64,000 bases of DNA from Azolla caroliniana (lineage: Eukaryota; Plantae; Polypodiophyta): contig JBHGNT010000003.1 in assembly GCA_043228905.1 (NCBI GenBank), forward strand, positions 12,958,001 through 13,022,000, in the 5' to 3' direction. Under the pieces are notes generated by a model. That model ran no database searches. It saw only the letters and a program-made list of their open reading frames with translations, and was not told the DNA's origin. A program made the position numbers and the translations under genes. This document shows, piece by piece, positions 13,885 to 26,000 of this stretch (its first letter is position 1; every line of letters begins with the position of its first letter).

Positions 13885-14159
13885 TGTCGTGAAGATTGTG
13901 GTTGTGTGTCGCAACCGCCGGGGTTCTGTGACTTGGGGATGATCGGGGTGAAAACGCGTAATCGCAAATGGTACGACGTTGAAGGAAGGATAGATGACTC
14001 AGCGAGTCGTCAACAGAAATAATAACACGAATGAATATGTGTGGTCCTCACCAGAGACTGGAACATCAACGGGCGTGAATGACCATGTGTGGTCCTCATC
14101 AGGAACACAAACGGCATGGGCGACCATGTGGTCCTCACTAGGAACTGGAACATGAACGT
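13885..14159. repeat. Duplicated LTR terminus (13885-13976) plus a copy of flanking DNA 6974-7146 (13988-14159)
   Basis: Direct sequence matches to 14160-14251 and to 6974-7146. Confidence 0.85.
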
Positions 14160-14408
14160 TGTCGCGAAGATTGTGGTTGTGTGTCGCAACCGCCGGGGTT
14201 CTGTGACTCAGGGATGATCGGGGTGAAAACGCGTAATCGCAAATGGTACGATGACAAGAAGCCGAGAAGGCAAGATAAATGCGACATTGTCGCGAAAAGA
14301 ATTTTACTTGTAAAACAACCACTTACAATATTTATTTGCCAAAACTTACTTGACAAGACTTGAACTCACAAACTTTATTTGAGAAGAAGCGTTTGAGATA
14401 GACCACTT

Positions 14409-14679
14409 TGACGAGAACCCAACGTTCCTTATTCGCTCCACTCGGCCCCAACCGAGCGTAGAATGATACACAGAAAACGGGAAATAAAACACTATACAAA
14501 GGAGAGGAAGATACACAGGAGGTTTACGTGGAAAACCCCAAAGAGGGGAAAAAAACCACGGCAGCCCACAGGCTGCAAACTGTCACTATGTGAGAATGTA
14601 CAACAGGGAGTTCAGTGAGGCAACGACCTCGTGCTCACAGATCTTCGCCACATGCGGCGGTTACAACAGAGGCAACGAC

Positions 14680-14711
<32 letters not shown>

Positions 14712-15141
14712 GTACACTATTACGTGCTCTCTCTTCTTCTTGCACCAACAAGAAAAAATGACAACAACAGTTAAAAGTTTGCCCTAAGTCATATTTATAC
14801 TAATATGACTTTTCGGCTATTTACAAATGTAGCCTCGATGGGCTCTCAGAAACATATTTACGAATATGTCTCTTCATCCGGTTCATACCGGGCCTGCACC
14901 ATCCGGCTCTCCGTAGCCGGGCACTCCTCATCCGGTTCATAACGGGCCTGCACCATCCGGCTCTCCGTAGCCGGGTACTCCTCATCCTGTTCATACCGGG
15001 CCTGCACCATCCGGCTCTCCGTAGCCGGGTACTCCTCATCCGGTTCATACCGGGCCTGCACCATCCGGCTCTCCGTAGCCGGGCACTCCTCATCCGGTTC
15101 ATACCGGGCCTGCACCATCCGGAGGAACCTGTTTCCCAACA
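14409..15141 (-). repeat. 3' LTR (733 bp)
   Basis: Near-identical to 19155-19885. Confidence 0.95.
14873..15122. repeat. 54-bp CCGG-rich tandem repeat in U3, about 4.5 units (also 19618-19867)
   Basis: 18-aa periodic translation RMVQARYEPDEECPATES. Confidence 0.9.
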
Positions 15142-15151
15142 AACTCCCCCT

Positions 15152-18100
15152 TCACTCCGGCATGGGGTGTCTTACCAGTCCGATCCGCTTCCGGCATGCG
15201 TCTAGCTTGTCGGGTGTCAGCACTTTGGTCACCATATCTGAGCTGTTCTCGGCCGTGTGGATCTTCGTCAGTGCAAACTCCTGGTCATCTACTCTTTCCT
15301 GAATCCAGTGATACCTCCGCTGGATATGCTTCGTCCGGGAATGGTAGGCCGCATTCTTAGCAAGGTGGATGGCACTTTGACTGTCGCAGTGGAGTCGGTA
15401 TTCCTCTTGCCGGATACCGAGCTCTCCGATGAAGTCCTTCATCCATAATATTTCCTTGCCGGCTTCCACAGCCGCCATGTACTCCGCCTCTGTGGTTGAC
15501 AATGCAACCGTCTTCTGCAGCCTCGACTGCCACGAAACAACTCCCCCTGCATATGTCATCACATACCCGGATGTAGACCGGCTGGTATCCACATCAGCCG
15601 ACATGTCTGAATCGGTGAAACCGTCCAATTGAGGTTTTTCGGAGCCGAATCAGAGACACATATTTGAAGTGCCCTTCAAATACCGGAGTATCCACTTGAC
15701 CGCGTTCCAGTGCTCATAAACCGGCTCACCACTCTGACTGCGTATCCAATGTCCGGTCGAGTACAAACCATTGCGTACATCAAGCTCCCGACGGCAGAGG
15801 CATATGGAATCTTCATTATATCTGCCTTCTCTCCTTTCGTCTTCGGGCTTTGCTTGCCGGATAGCCTACAGTTTGCCGGAAGTGTCGATCCGACCGGTTT
15901 CGCTTCTAACATGTTGAACCGGTGAAGCACCTTTGTCACATATTTCTCCTGTGACAGCCATAGTTGCTTCTTTAACCGGTCCCGAATGATGTGCATCCCC
16001 AACATCTGTCTTGCCGGACCCAAGTCTTTCATTGAGAAGGTCCGGTTGAGAGCCTTCTTCAGCATCCGTATTTTTACTGAGGAGGAGTATCAAGAAGTCT
16101 CCTCCTTCGAACTTCTTCACAAACACGCAGTGATCGACCTGCGTCTTGTGGTACCCTTGATCGGTCATGAAGGAGTCGAACTTCCGGTACCATTGTCGGG
16201 GAGCCTGCTTCAGTCCGTACAGGCTCTTCTTCAACCGGCATACCAGGTGCTCCATCCCTTTCTCCACGAAACCTTCCGGTTGCTGCATGTAGATCTCCTC
16301 TTCGAGGTCGCCGTGAAGGAATGTCGTCTTCACGTCCAGCTGCTCTACCTCGAGGTCCATGCTTGCTGCTATACTCAGCACTGTCCGGATGGAGGTCATC
16401 TTTACTATCGGGGCAAATATCTCGTCGAAGTCCACGCCCTTCTTCTGTTGGAACCCCTTCACCACGATCCTGGCTTTGTATCTCGGGGGGTTGTCGGCAT
16501 CTCCCGGTTTCAACTTGTACACCCACTTGTTTCGGAGTGCCCGCTTTCCTTTTGCCAACTCCACCAATTCGTATGTATGGTTCTCATGCAGGGAATCCAT
16601 CTCGTCCTGCATGGCACTTAACCATTTTCGGTTGTGGGTGTCTTCCTTCACTTCTTCGAAGCTTTCCGGCTCCCCCTCATCGGTCAACAGAACATGCTCT
16701 GCATCCGGAAATCTCCGGGGGGCCCTTCTCTCTCTGAGAGGATATCTACGTCTTCGGGCTTCGGTAACCGGCTCCTCCATTTGCTCTTCATCCGAATCCG
16801 ATTCGGGGTCTTGGCCGGTTCCGGTCTCAGCTTCCTCTACTTCTTCTTCTGCCGGTTCGGTATCCTCACCGTAACCGGCTGGTTCCTCGAGTCCTAACCG
16901 GTCTCTTGCCGGTTGGGTCTGCTCATCGTAGAGTCTATCCTTACCGGTCGACTTAGAGTTCATTATCTTCTTCTCTGACTCCCAGTCGGCGAGCGTCTTG
17001 TCCTCCATGAAGATAATATCCCGACTCCGGAATACCTTCTTGTCAACTAGGTCCCACACTCGGTAGCCGAACTCATCATCACCGTAACCGAGGAATATGC
17101 ATGGCCGGGTCTTTGGATCTAACTTTCCTCTTCGGTCCTTAGCTACATGCACGTACGCGAGACACCCGAACACCTTCAGATGCCGGTAGGACACTTCCTT
17201 ACCGGTCCATACTCTCTGTGGCGTGTCTCCGTCCAAGGGTACTGAGGGTGATCTGTTTATCACGTATGTCACCGTCGACAGTGCCTCAGCCCTAAACCCT
17301 CTCCATTATGGTCCGGTTCATCCTCTCGGCCAGTCCGTTTAGTTCTAGCGTCTTCGGCACGGTAAATTCGAGCCGGATTCCCTTCGAGCGGCAGTACTCC
17401 TCGAACTGCCCCCAGTATTCTCCTCCGTTGTCTGCTCGAACCGCCTTCAGCTTCCGGCCGGTTTCTCTTTCCACTCTCGCGTGGAGCTCTTTGAAGACGG
17501 ATAACACCTGATCCTTCGTCTTCAGCGGTGTGGCCCACAGCTTCCGGCTGTGGTCATCTATGAACGTCATGAAGTACTGCGCTCCGGCATGTGACTTCGT
17601 GTCTACTTGACACACATCCGTATGCACCAACTCCAGTGGTGCATTACGTCTCATCGGTGGCCTTGGTCGGAAGGAGGTCCGGTTCTGTTTACCGGCCAGA
17701 CAATCAGAGCACTTCTGTAAGTGCACGTTCTTCACTGGAATGAGGTTGTCGTCTGCAAGCCTCTTCATCCCCTTCTCACTCATATGACACAGTCTCTTGT
17801 GCCACAGCTCACCGGCAGTGTCGGATGCCACGTTCACTTCTTCCGGACATAACCGGGCATTCATCAGGTACAATGTGTTTACATTCCGGGCCCGAGCCAC
17901 AATCAGGCTCCCGTTGTTGAACTTCATGACACCATTCCGGATGTTACCCGTGTAGCCTTCATCATCTAGCCGACCGGCTGATATCAGGTTCAGACGAACT
18001 TCCGGAACGTGTCAGACATCCTTCAACAGCATCTTGCATCCGGTTGGTGTTGTCAGCCACACGTCTCCCATGCCGACAATTCGGCATGTACCTTCATTCC

Positions 18101-19124
18101 CCATCCGGACACAGCTGTGATCACCGCCTGAATAGGATGAGAAGCATTTCCGGTCCGGGGTAAGGTGGAACGATGCTCCGGAGTCTACCACCCAGGTCAT
18201 CTCGTCGCCGGCAAGGTTTATCTCACACTCCTCGGTGATGAGCATCAACTCTGCTTCCCTTGCCGCGATTGCCGTCGTTCCCTTCCGGTCCGGCCCCCTC
18301 CGTTCTTTACCGTTCCGGTCTTTACCGTTCCCGTCCGGGGTTTGCTTCGAATCGGTACCGTCGGTTTCCTTGTCTTTACGGAAATGCCGACAGTTCTTTT
18401 GGAAGTGTCCCGGCTTGCCGCAATAGAAGCAAGTAGGCCTCCCCCTTGACTTTGTCCGTGTCACCGACTTCTCCCAGTTCTGGGGACTACGGTTTCTATG
18501 TCTTCCGCGTTCCGATTCGGTAAGGAGCGCTTTGGAGTCGGAGCTCGTATCTTTGTCTTTCCGACGCACCTCCTCATCTAGCAAGCTCGACGTTACTCTT
18601 GCTAGGGATAACCGCTTTCCTTCCGGCTCGGCGTTGCCCAAAGTGACAACCAAAGTCTCCCAGCTATCCGGGAAGGAATCGAGCAGGAGTAGCGCTAGTA
18701 CCTCGTCGGCAAGAGGTACTTCCAATGACGTTGCCTGGTGTATCAGCCCCTGGAAGGCATTCATGTGCTCCGCCATGCTGGAGCCATCTTGGTACCGGAG
18801 TCTTACTAGCTTCCGGAATACCGACACCTGATTGACAACATTTTTGTTCTGGAACATTATGCCGATCTTCTCCCAGAGCTCATGAGCCTTGCTCTCTTCA
18901 TTGAAGTTGTTGTACAGGCTCATGTCGATGAAGCACCGTATGTACGCCGTTGTCTTCATGTGCATCACCTCCCATATCGCGGCGTCGATTTTGTCTGGTC
19001 TCTTGTCCCCGAACTGAACCGGCAGCCAGAGGTCTTTAACAACGAGCATGTCCCTCATCTTCGACTTCCACACTGAATAGTTGGAGCCGGTGAGCTTGAA
19101 CATGCTGCCAAACGATTCGTCCAT
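15152..19124 (-). pseudogene. pol: Copia gag-pol with frameshifts and deletions; RT YVDD motif deleted
   Basis: CFYCGKPGHFQKNC, WVVDSGAS, LWHKRLCH, RADNGGEY, EQLDVKTTFLHG, GFTDSDM. Confidence 0.93.
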
Positions 19125-19154
19125 TTTCTGTGTCGATTTCGCTCTGATACCACT

Positions 19155-19885
19155 TGACGGGAACCCAACGTTCCTTATGCGCTCCACTCAGCCCCAACCG
19201 AGCGTAGAATGATACACAGAAAACGGGAAATAAAACACTACACAAAGGAGAGGAAGATACACAGGAGGTTTACGTGGAAAACCCCAAAGAGGGGGAAAAA
19301 ACCACGGCAACCCACACGCTGCAAACTGTCACTATGTGAGAATGTACAACAGTGAGTTCACTGAGGCAACGACCTCGTGCTCACAGATCTTCGCCACACG
19401 CGGCGGTTACAACAGAGGAAACGACCTCTTTCTCTCTCTCTCTCTCTCTCTCTCTGTACACTATTACGTGCTCTCTCTTCTTCTTGCACCAACAAGAAAA
19501 AATGACAACAACAGTTAAAAGTTTGACCTAAGTCATATTTATACTAATATGACTTTTCGGCTATTTACAAATGTAGCCTCGATGAGCTCTCAGAAACATA
19601 TTTACGAATATGTCTCTTCATCCGGTTCATACCGGGCCTACACCATCCGGCTCTCCGTAGCCGGGTACTCCTCATCCGGTTCATACTGGGCCTGCACCAT
19701 CCAGCTCTCCGTAGCCGGGCACTCCCCATCCGGTTCATACCGGGCCTGTACCATCCGACTCTCCGTAGCCGGGCACTCCTTATCCGGTTCATACCGGGCC
19801 TGCACCATCCGGCTCTCCGTAGCCGGGCACTCCTCATCCGGTTCATACCGGGCCTGCACCATCCGGAGGGACCTGTTTCCCAACA
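19155..19885 (-). repeat. 5' LTR (731 bp)
   Basis: Adjacent to the Met PBS. Confidence 0.95.
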
Positions 19886-20639
19886 CACTTCAATCTCTCT
19901 GGTTTCTATTTATTTGTCTTTCTCTTTCACTTTATATATACTAAATTTATATTACAAAATTTGATTACCAAAAGAAGTTATTTGAAGAGGATTCAAACTC
20001 ACGACCTTTTGTTTACAAAGAGGCGTTTGAGATACACCACTTTAACTTCTTGCTTTTCTTGTATCCCCTTTCTTTTCTTTAACTCTTGTCTTGATTTATG
20101 CAGGCCACCATCTTCTTTCGTGAGCTCTGCATCCCATACCCACGCGAGCTTCTTCACTCGCTTTTCCTTCTATTCCTTCTCCTTCTCCTCCTCTCCCCCC
20201 TTTAGCCACCATAGGCATGGCTTATATAGGGTGGTCAACCGCCCTCTTGAGGTGGTTGACAAACCGCCTCATGCAAGGCGGTTGTATTTTTATTTTTATT
20301 TTTATTTTATTTTATTTTATTTTCTTTATTTATTGATGCTACAATTCAATTTTCTAGTTCTATATTTAAGAAATTATAGAAATAGCCCTTATTTAATTTT
20401 GACTCCCCCCTTTGACATAATTACATTTTTGTCCCAAGTAACATTAATCCTTTCGAAGCTTGTATCTTGGGCTTTTGAACTCCGATTCACGAACCGAAAA
20501 TTCCTTCATGCTCCTTGTCATAAGCTCCGATTTTTGACATTGTTTTCACATCGTTAAGTGTCAACTTCACGACAACGTGAGCGACCATTTGCGGTCCTCA
20601 GTAGGAACTAGAACACCACTAGGTAAAGGAGTGCAGATG

Positions 20640-21270
20640 AAGAGGTCGACTCGACCTCTTCTATCATGAGAGGTGTTATATTCCGGAAACTTCTTCTTTC
20701 GCTTCTGTTTGCGCGTGAACCGTCTCCTCGGTTCCTTGCGCGCAGACAGCACAACCGAATCTCCACTACGTACCAACTCACCATCCGATTAATCTTTCTA
20801 ACTAGGTCTTTCATTTAGCCCACTCAGTCAGAATGAAATCGGAATCTCTTCTAAAGTGCCGAAATCTTCTTCCTCTTCTTTTTTCTGGATCATGTTGGGT
20901 TCACTGGCCTCATCTTATGGTTGGAGTTGGTAAAGAGTATCATGATGCCGACTCATCAAATTCGACATCTCGGCTCACTCGAACTTGTTTGGTTTGGGGG
21001 TGTTATAACACTTATACCCCTTCTGTTTATGTGAGTAGCCGACTAGTATGCATTTCTCTAACTTTGGGTCCAAATTCCTCCACTTCTCATCATGCACATG
21101 GACATATAAATTCGGCTTCGTAAATTCGGCTTCCGCCTGAAACTCGGCTCATGTGCTGACACGTTCTCACCGATCCAATTTGGATGTAGACGATCGTCCA
21201 AACCGCTTTGGCCTAGTAGAATATGGGCATGCTCTTCTCCTCTAGCATCGCCCTTACTGCCTCCACAACT
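20640..21270 (-). pseudogene. Decayed Copia integrase C-terminal remnant
   Basis: AMLEEKSMP, GYKCYN, and RRRFTRKQKRKKKFPEY, similar to 2063-2790. Confidence 0.7.
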
Positions 21271-21366
21271 GACTGATATCATGATATAGCATGGTATTGT
21301 TTCAAAAAGATTTGAACCCATGACCTTGTGTAACAAAGGCTGAAGCCCTACCATTGCGCTATACAT

Positions 21367-21583
21367 TGTAATATGAAGAATATTGTTTTGATTTATTATT
21401 TCACTTCTAGATTCTCTAGATTTCTCTAGAACATTCTAGAAATGTCAAGACTACTTCTAAGCACACTATAAAAAGAGACATAGGACATTATTGAGAACCA
21501 ATTCGGTTCAACACCAATCTTAAGCCTCCTAGCTGTTCTTGTATCTTTCTTCATATACTATAACATACTTCTTGTTGTCATCA

Positions 21584-21623
<40 letters not shown>

Positions 21624-23050
21624 TCTCCTGATTCTCACACACTCTTTCCCTTCTTAGTACTAATCCTCATTCTTCTCCTTTATCTTTTGTACTAATTTTC
21701 CTTGCCTCTAGTACTATCCCTGACAGTTTGAACTGAATTGTCTTCAACTTCGTATCCCTCCTTGCCTTCATACTAATCTTCTTGTCCTTCCTTCCTCCAA
21801 TACTATGGAAACTGTTAGCGCTCAAGAATACCAGTTTTCACGGAGCTGCAGTGCTTGAAAGAAAGGTTTGTCGCATTGGAACAAGAAAATCAATTGTTGT
21901 TGGGGGATCTTCAACAAATCTCTCTATAAAAGCAACAAGCGCAACAACAACATGCGGAGCTAGCGTTACGTGTGAAACAACTTGAAGCAACCATTGTAGC
22001 ATTGTAGCATAATGAGCCCAAGATCGACCTTCCTATGAAATTTGATGGAAGGCGATCACAATTTAGAGGATTCCTTAATCATGTACGATTAGTCATTCCA
22101 ATGCATCCTTCCCGATATCCCACCAATGCATCACGAGTGGGTCTAGTAGGCACGTTGCGGAGCGGCTCAGCTTTGGCATGGTTCACTCCATTGTTAGAAA
22201 ATAGATCTCCATCACTAAATAATTTTGAAGAGTTTCTAAGCGAGTTTAAAGCTTGTTTTGGAGATAGTGATAGCATAAGGACGACAATCAACAAAATCTA
22301 ATGATTACGTCTATCCCTTGAGATTGTTGTCCATAGGCCAAAAATATAAATACAAAATATGTAAACTCGTCGGTAGGTAGAAAAGTAGGTGACGAAATAG
22401 GTAGAACTAAAATAGTCGAGTTTTGAGCCCTCACAATCAGTCGACGGCTCCGCTCTGTGTAAAGAAGAAAAATATATAAGCCGAGACCTGCATACCTCGA
22501 GAGGAGGAGATACATAGATCATTTAGCAGGATTAATATCGTAGCACGGAGCTTTGCACAACTGTGGTAGAGTGGGCATCTCTATGGATCCAGCTAAGGTC
22601 AAAACTATGGTAGAGTGGTTGACTCCACGATCGTTGCGAGATGTGCAATGTTTTTTAGGCTTCGCAAATTTCTACCGCAAGTTTATACATGACTACTCAA
22701 AGCTTATTTTGCCTCTCACACAGCTTACCAAGAAGGGGCACTTGTTTGTTTGGTCTAAGAAAACGGACATAGCTTTTGTGAGTCTTAAAAAAGCATTTAC
22801 ATCAGCTCCTATTCTAGCTCATGTTGCTCCAAAAAAACCATTCATCATTAAAAAACACGTCGGATGGATCTTCTCATCAAGTCACCATATCCAATGATCA
22901 CAGGGCTTTTATGAGTCTTAAAAAAGCATTTACATCAGCTCCTATTCTAGCTCATGTTGATCCGAAAAACCTATTCATCATTGAGGTAGACACGTCGGAT
23001 TTCGCCCTTGGTAGCATTCTGTCACAACAAGGCGATGATGAAAATCTTCT
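21367..23050 (+). mobile_element. Tcn1/Tf1-like chromovirus fragment: 5' LTR 21367-21725, gag, RT/RNase H pieces
   Basis: TG...CA LTR with TATAAAAA at 21467. Gag PKIDLPMKFDGRRSQFRGFL...ALAWF; pol [15 protein letters not shown] and [13 protein letters not shown]. Confidence 0.8.
21728..21740 (+). promoter_or_regulatory. Self-priming PBS complementary to LTR 21499-21511
   Basis: TTGAACTGAATTG pairs with CAATTCGGTTCAA (12 Watson-Crick pairs plus 1 G:U); no TGG tRNA-type PBS is present. Confidence 0.7.
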
Positions 23051-26000
23051 TCAGATTTTCCCAGGTATCTTTCGGCATTTTTGCATCTTTGATGTAGCTG
23101 AGCATTTGATCGTGCACATAATATGCGAGGCAGTACAACACTCTACTCGCTCATTGCTCCCATGCGCGGAAGTCCTTGTGTGTCGGCTGCGGCACTACTT
23201 CATTCGCTTCTTCGACATAACTCTAGTAACCGTGCCCTCGCAGTTACTGGTGCATCTTGTAGGACCAAGATGCACACCTCTCTTCCCCATAACGCGACAC
23301 GGGCCAACATGCATACACAAGCGGTTGGGAACCGCTCACACCCTCTCCCACACATTGAGCACAGTGACACTAGCAACTCGGCAGCGGTTACCTGCTTTAA
23401 GTGTAACCAACCCGGCCACTACGCTACCCAATGCCCAACCACGGACCGCGGCAAGGCCTCGGCCATGAATATTATTATGCCTGACGTTCAACACGTCACT
23501 ACACGGAGCAAAACCCAGGCCATCCAATGGCAAGTACAAGATGACGTTCGACAAGCAGCCAAGGAATGGATTGACACCGCCAATAAAAGCAACGTGGAAT
23601 GGATGCACACAGAGATGCAGGACATGACCATTGGAGCACGACAATCCGCAGGACTATCCACCGTGGCAGAAGATGACCATCTGTGGGAAGCCTTACCAAT
23701 TCTAGGATCTCGTTGCTATTGCATAAGCTTTTACTGCTCATGCTGCACTTTCGGGATACCTTGGCTACGCTCACGACTAACGACAAATCGGTTGCACCCC
23801 CTATTAACCTGAGAGATCCATGGATGGGCCCACCCATCATGGATTCCTAGAATCCATCCGTGAAAATCATGATTAAAGGACGCGACCTTCAGGGATGCAT
23901 AATCGATGGTGGCTCCAGCGTGAAAGTCATCTGCGAGGCCACGTGTCACACACTCAATCTGAACCAATGGGAACCTTGCCCCTTTTGGCTTCGGATGGCC
24001 GATACACGATCGGTTCGCCCCATAGGGTTAATCCGCCACCTCGACTTCACGTTAGGAGGCCACATGTTCACTATCTCGGTAGTCGTGTCACGCGTCGAAG
24101 CTCTAGGCGCCTACCCAATGCTGCTTGGACTACCCTAGCTGCGCACAGAAAATATTAAGTAACATTGGCAATGAAATATGATCTCTTTCCATCAGGGGAA
24201 GACCAAGGTACAGATAATAACAGAAGAACGCCTAACCACGCCCCACAACACCACACCCTTATACGCGGAAGGGGCACACATGCTCGACGGGTTAGCTGAC
24301 AACGAGGTGGATGACTTCCTGGAAGATCATCCCACTATCATACCCCTCTTCGAAATAGATGCCATCTCGGCCTTCGGCACACCCCCAGACGAGGACGTCA
24401 CGGAAGATTCATTTCCCTAGGACAAGCTAGATTCCACAACTATCGCAGAATTACGTCACGCTCGGGATGTGTTTGAATGAGAACTCGCCATCTCCCAGCG
24501 ACTCAAAGCATCAACACTCAAGTCACTCAACCTCGGCTCCGACGAGAACCTGCGTACACTACAAATCGCTAACAACTTACCAACCTACGAACGATGAACC
24601 CTCATACGCCTGCCCACGGAGTATCAAGATGTATTCTCATGGTCTTACACTAATATGAAGGGATTGAATCCCCAATATTACCAACACCAAATACACTTCT
24701 TGCCTGATGCTCGACCGGCCCAACAACGACGATACCATATGAACCCCAACTACGCGGCTAAGGTCAAAGAGGAGATCGACAAGCTACTCTGAGTAGGTTT
24801 TATACGACTAGTAAAAAGAGCCACATGGTTAAGCCCAATAGTCGTCGTCCCCAGGAAAAACGGGAAAATCCGTGTGTGCGTTGACTATCACAAACTCAAT
24901 GCTGCGACAATCACGAATGGGTTTCCTCTCCCGTTCACGGATAGTGCCCTTGACACGGTGGCTGGTCATGAATGCTACAGTTTTCTCGATGGGTTCAGTG
25001 GCTATAACCAAATCAGAATGCACCCGGATGATCAGGAGAAAATGGCATTTGTCACGAAATGGAGTGTCTTCGTGGCCATGGTAGTGATTTTCGGATTAAA
25101 AATGGCACTAGCCACATTCCAACGCATCATCACAGAGATTTTCAACGAGTATATCCCCGCGTTCATGCAAGTTTTCCTCGACGACTTTGCCGTGTATGGC
25201 CAACGGCTGGAGCATATGACCCAGCTACGCCTCTATCTCGATCGATGTCGACAAGCTCGGTTGAGCTTAAATCCGGCAAAATGCGCGTTCTTGGTGACAA
25301 GCGACAACCTGCTCGGGCACATAGTCAATCAGGAAGGTATCGCCATGGACCCGGATAAAGTGCAAGTCATTTTGAACGCTCATGCGCCCTCTACCGTGAA
25401 GGCCCTCAGCCGATTCCTGGGCCAAATCAGATGGCATAGCCAGATGTTATGACACCTGGCCGATTTCGTGACTCCATTGCACGCGGCTGTGCATAGACTC
25501 CCATTTTAGTGGTCTTCAATAGAAGACAAGGCTTACCAATCCTTGAAGTTAATGCTCTCCCATGCCCCCGTTGTACAACCACCAGTCTGGTCGGAACCTT
25601 TTCACGTCTTCGTAGACGCATCAGATATAGCCATCGGTAGCGCGCTCGGCCAGTGTATTACGCTAGCCGACGACTCTCAGCCGCGGAGAAGAAATACTCA
25701 ACAACTGAATGCGAGGCCCTCGGTATGATCGACAACATCAACAAATTCCGGCATTACCTCTTGGGCCGGAAATTCACATTCCACGTCCATCACTCGGCTC
25801 TCCTCTACTTGGTTAATAAACAGGCCCTCACAGGTCACCTGGCCCAATGGATGCTACTACTACAAGAGTTTGATTTTTAGATCTAGCACCGGCCCGGAGT
25901 CCAACATGTCGTAGCTGACTACCTGAGCCGCCTTGAGTCAGGAGAACTAACCGAGTTCACGTACGATGATCTACCCGACGCCGCCCTTTCTAAGCTCGCA

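Larger units (their letters stand above)
14409..19885 (-). mobile_element. Full-length Tnt1/Tork-like Copia element, TSD CACTT
   Basis: LTRs 14409-15141 and 19155-19885 (TG...CA). CACTT at 14404-14408 and 19886-19890; the empty site is visible in the other host LTR near 7390. PBS TGGTATCAGAGC 19141-19152 (tRNA-iMet), PPT 15142-15154. Confidence 0.97.
7147..20574 (-). mobile_element. Full-length Gypsy LTR retrotransposon, tRNA-Trp primed, 4-bp TSD ACGT; Copia nested in its 5' LTR
   Basis: LTRs 7147-8093 and 14160-20574 (interrupted) have TGTCG/A...CACGACA ends. ACGT occurs at 7143-7146 and 20575-20578. PPT 8094-8105, PBS 13861-13878, order gag-PR-RT-RH-INT. Confidence 0.9.

Noticed and set aside
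14821-15142. Repetitive ORFs in LTRs (also 19549-19944, 51991-52454, 56833-57275)
   Set aside because: Translations of U3 tandem repeats.
15986-16874. Long plus-strand ORFs opposite Copia RT (also 53237-54068, 5444-6181)
   Set aside because: Antisense shadows of pol with no independent motifs.
13885-20574. 5' LTR defined from 13885 with a truncated 3' LTR
   Set aside because: Disfavoured: the ACGT TSD and continuation of the repeat array put the boundaries at 7147 and 14160.
20640-21270. Continuation of the Copia at 1-2790
   Set aside because: It covers the same INT region and is diverged, so it is a separate copy.
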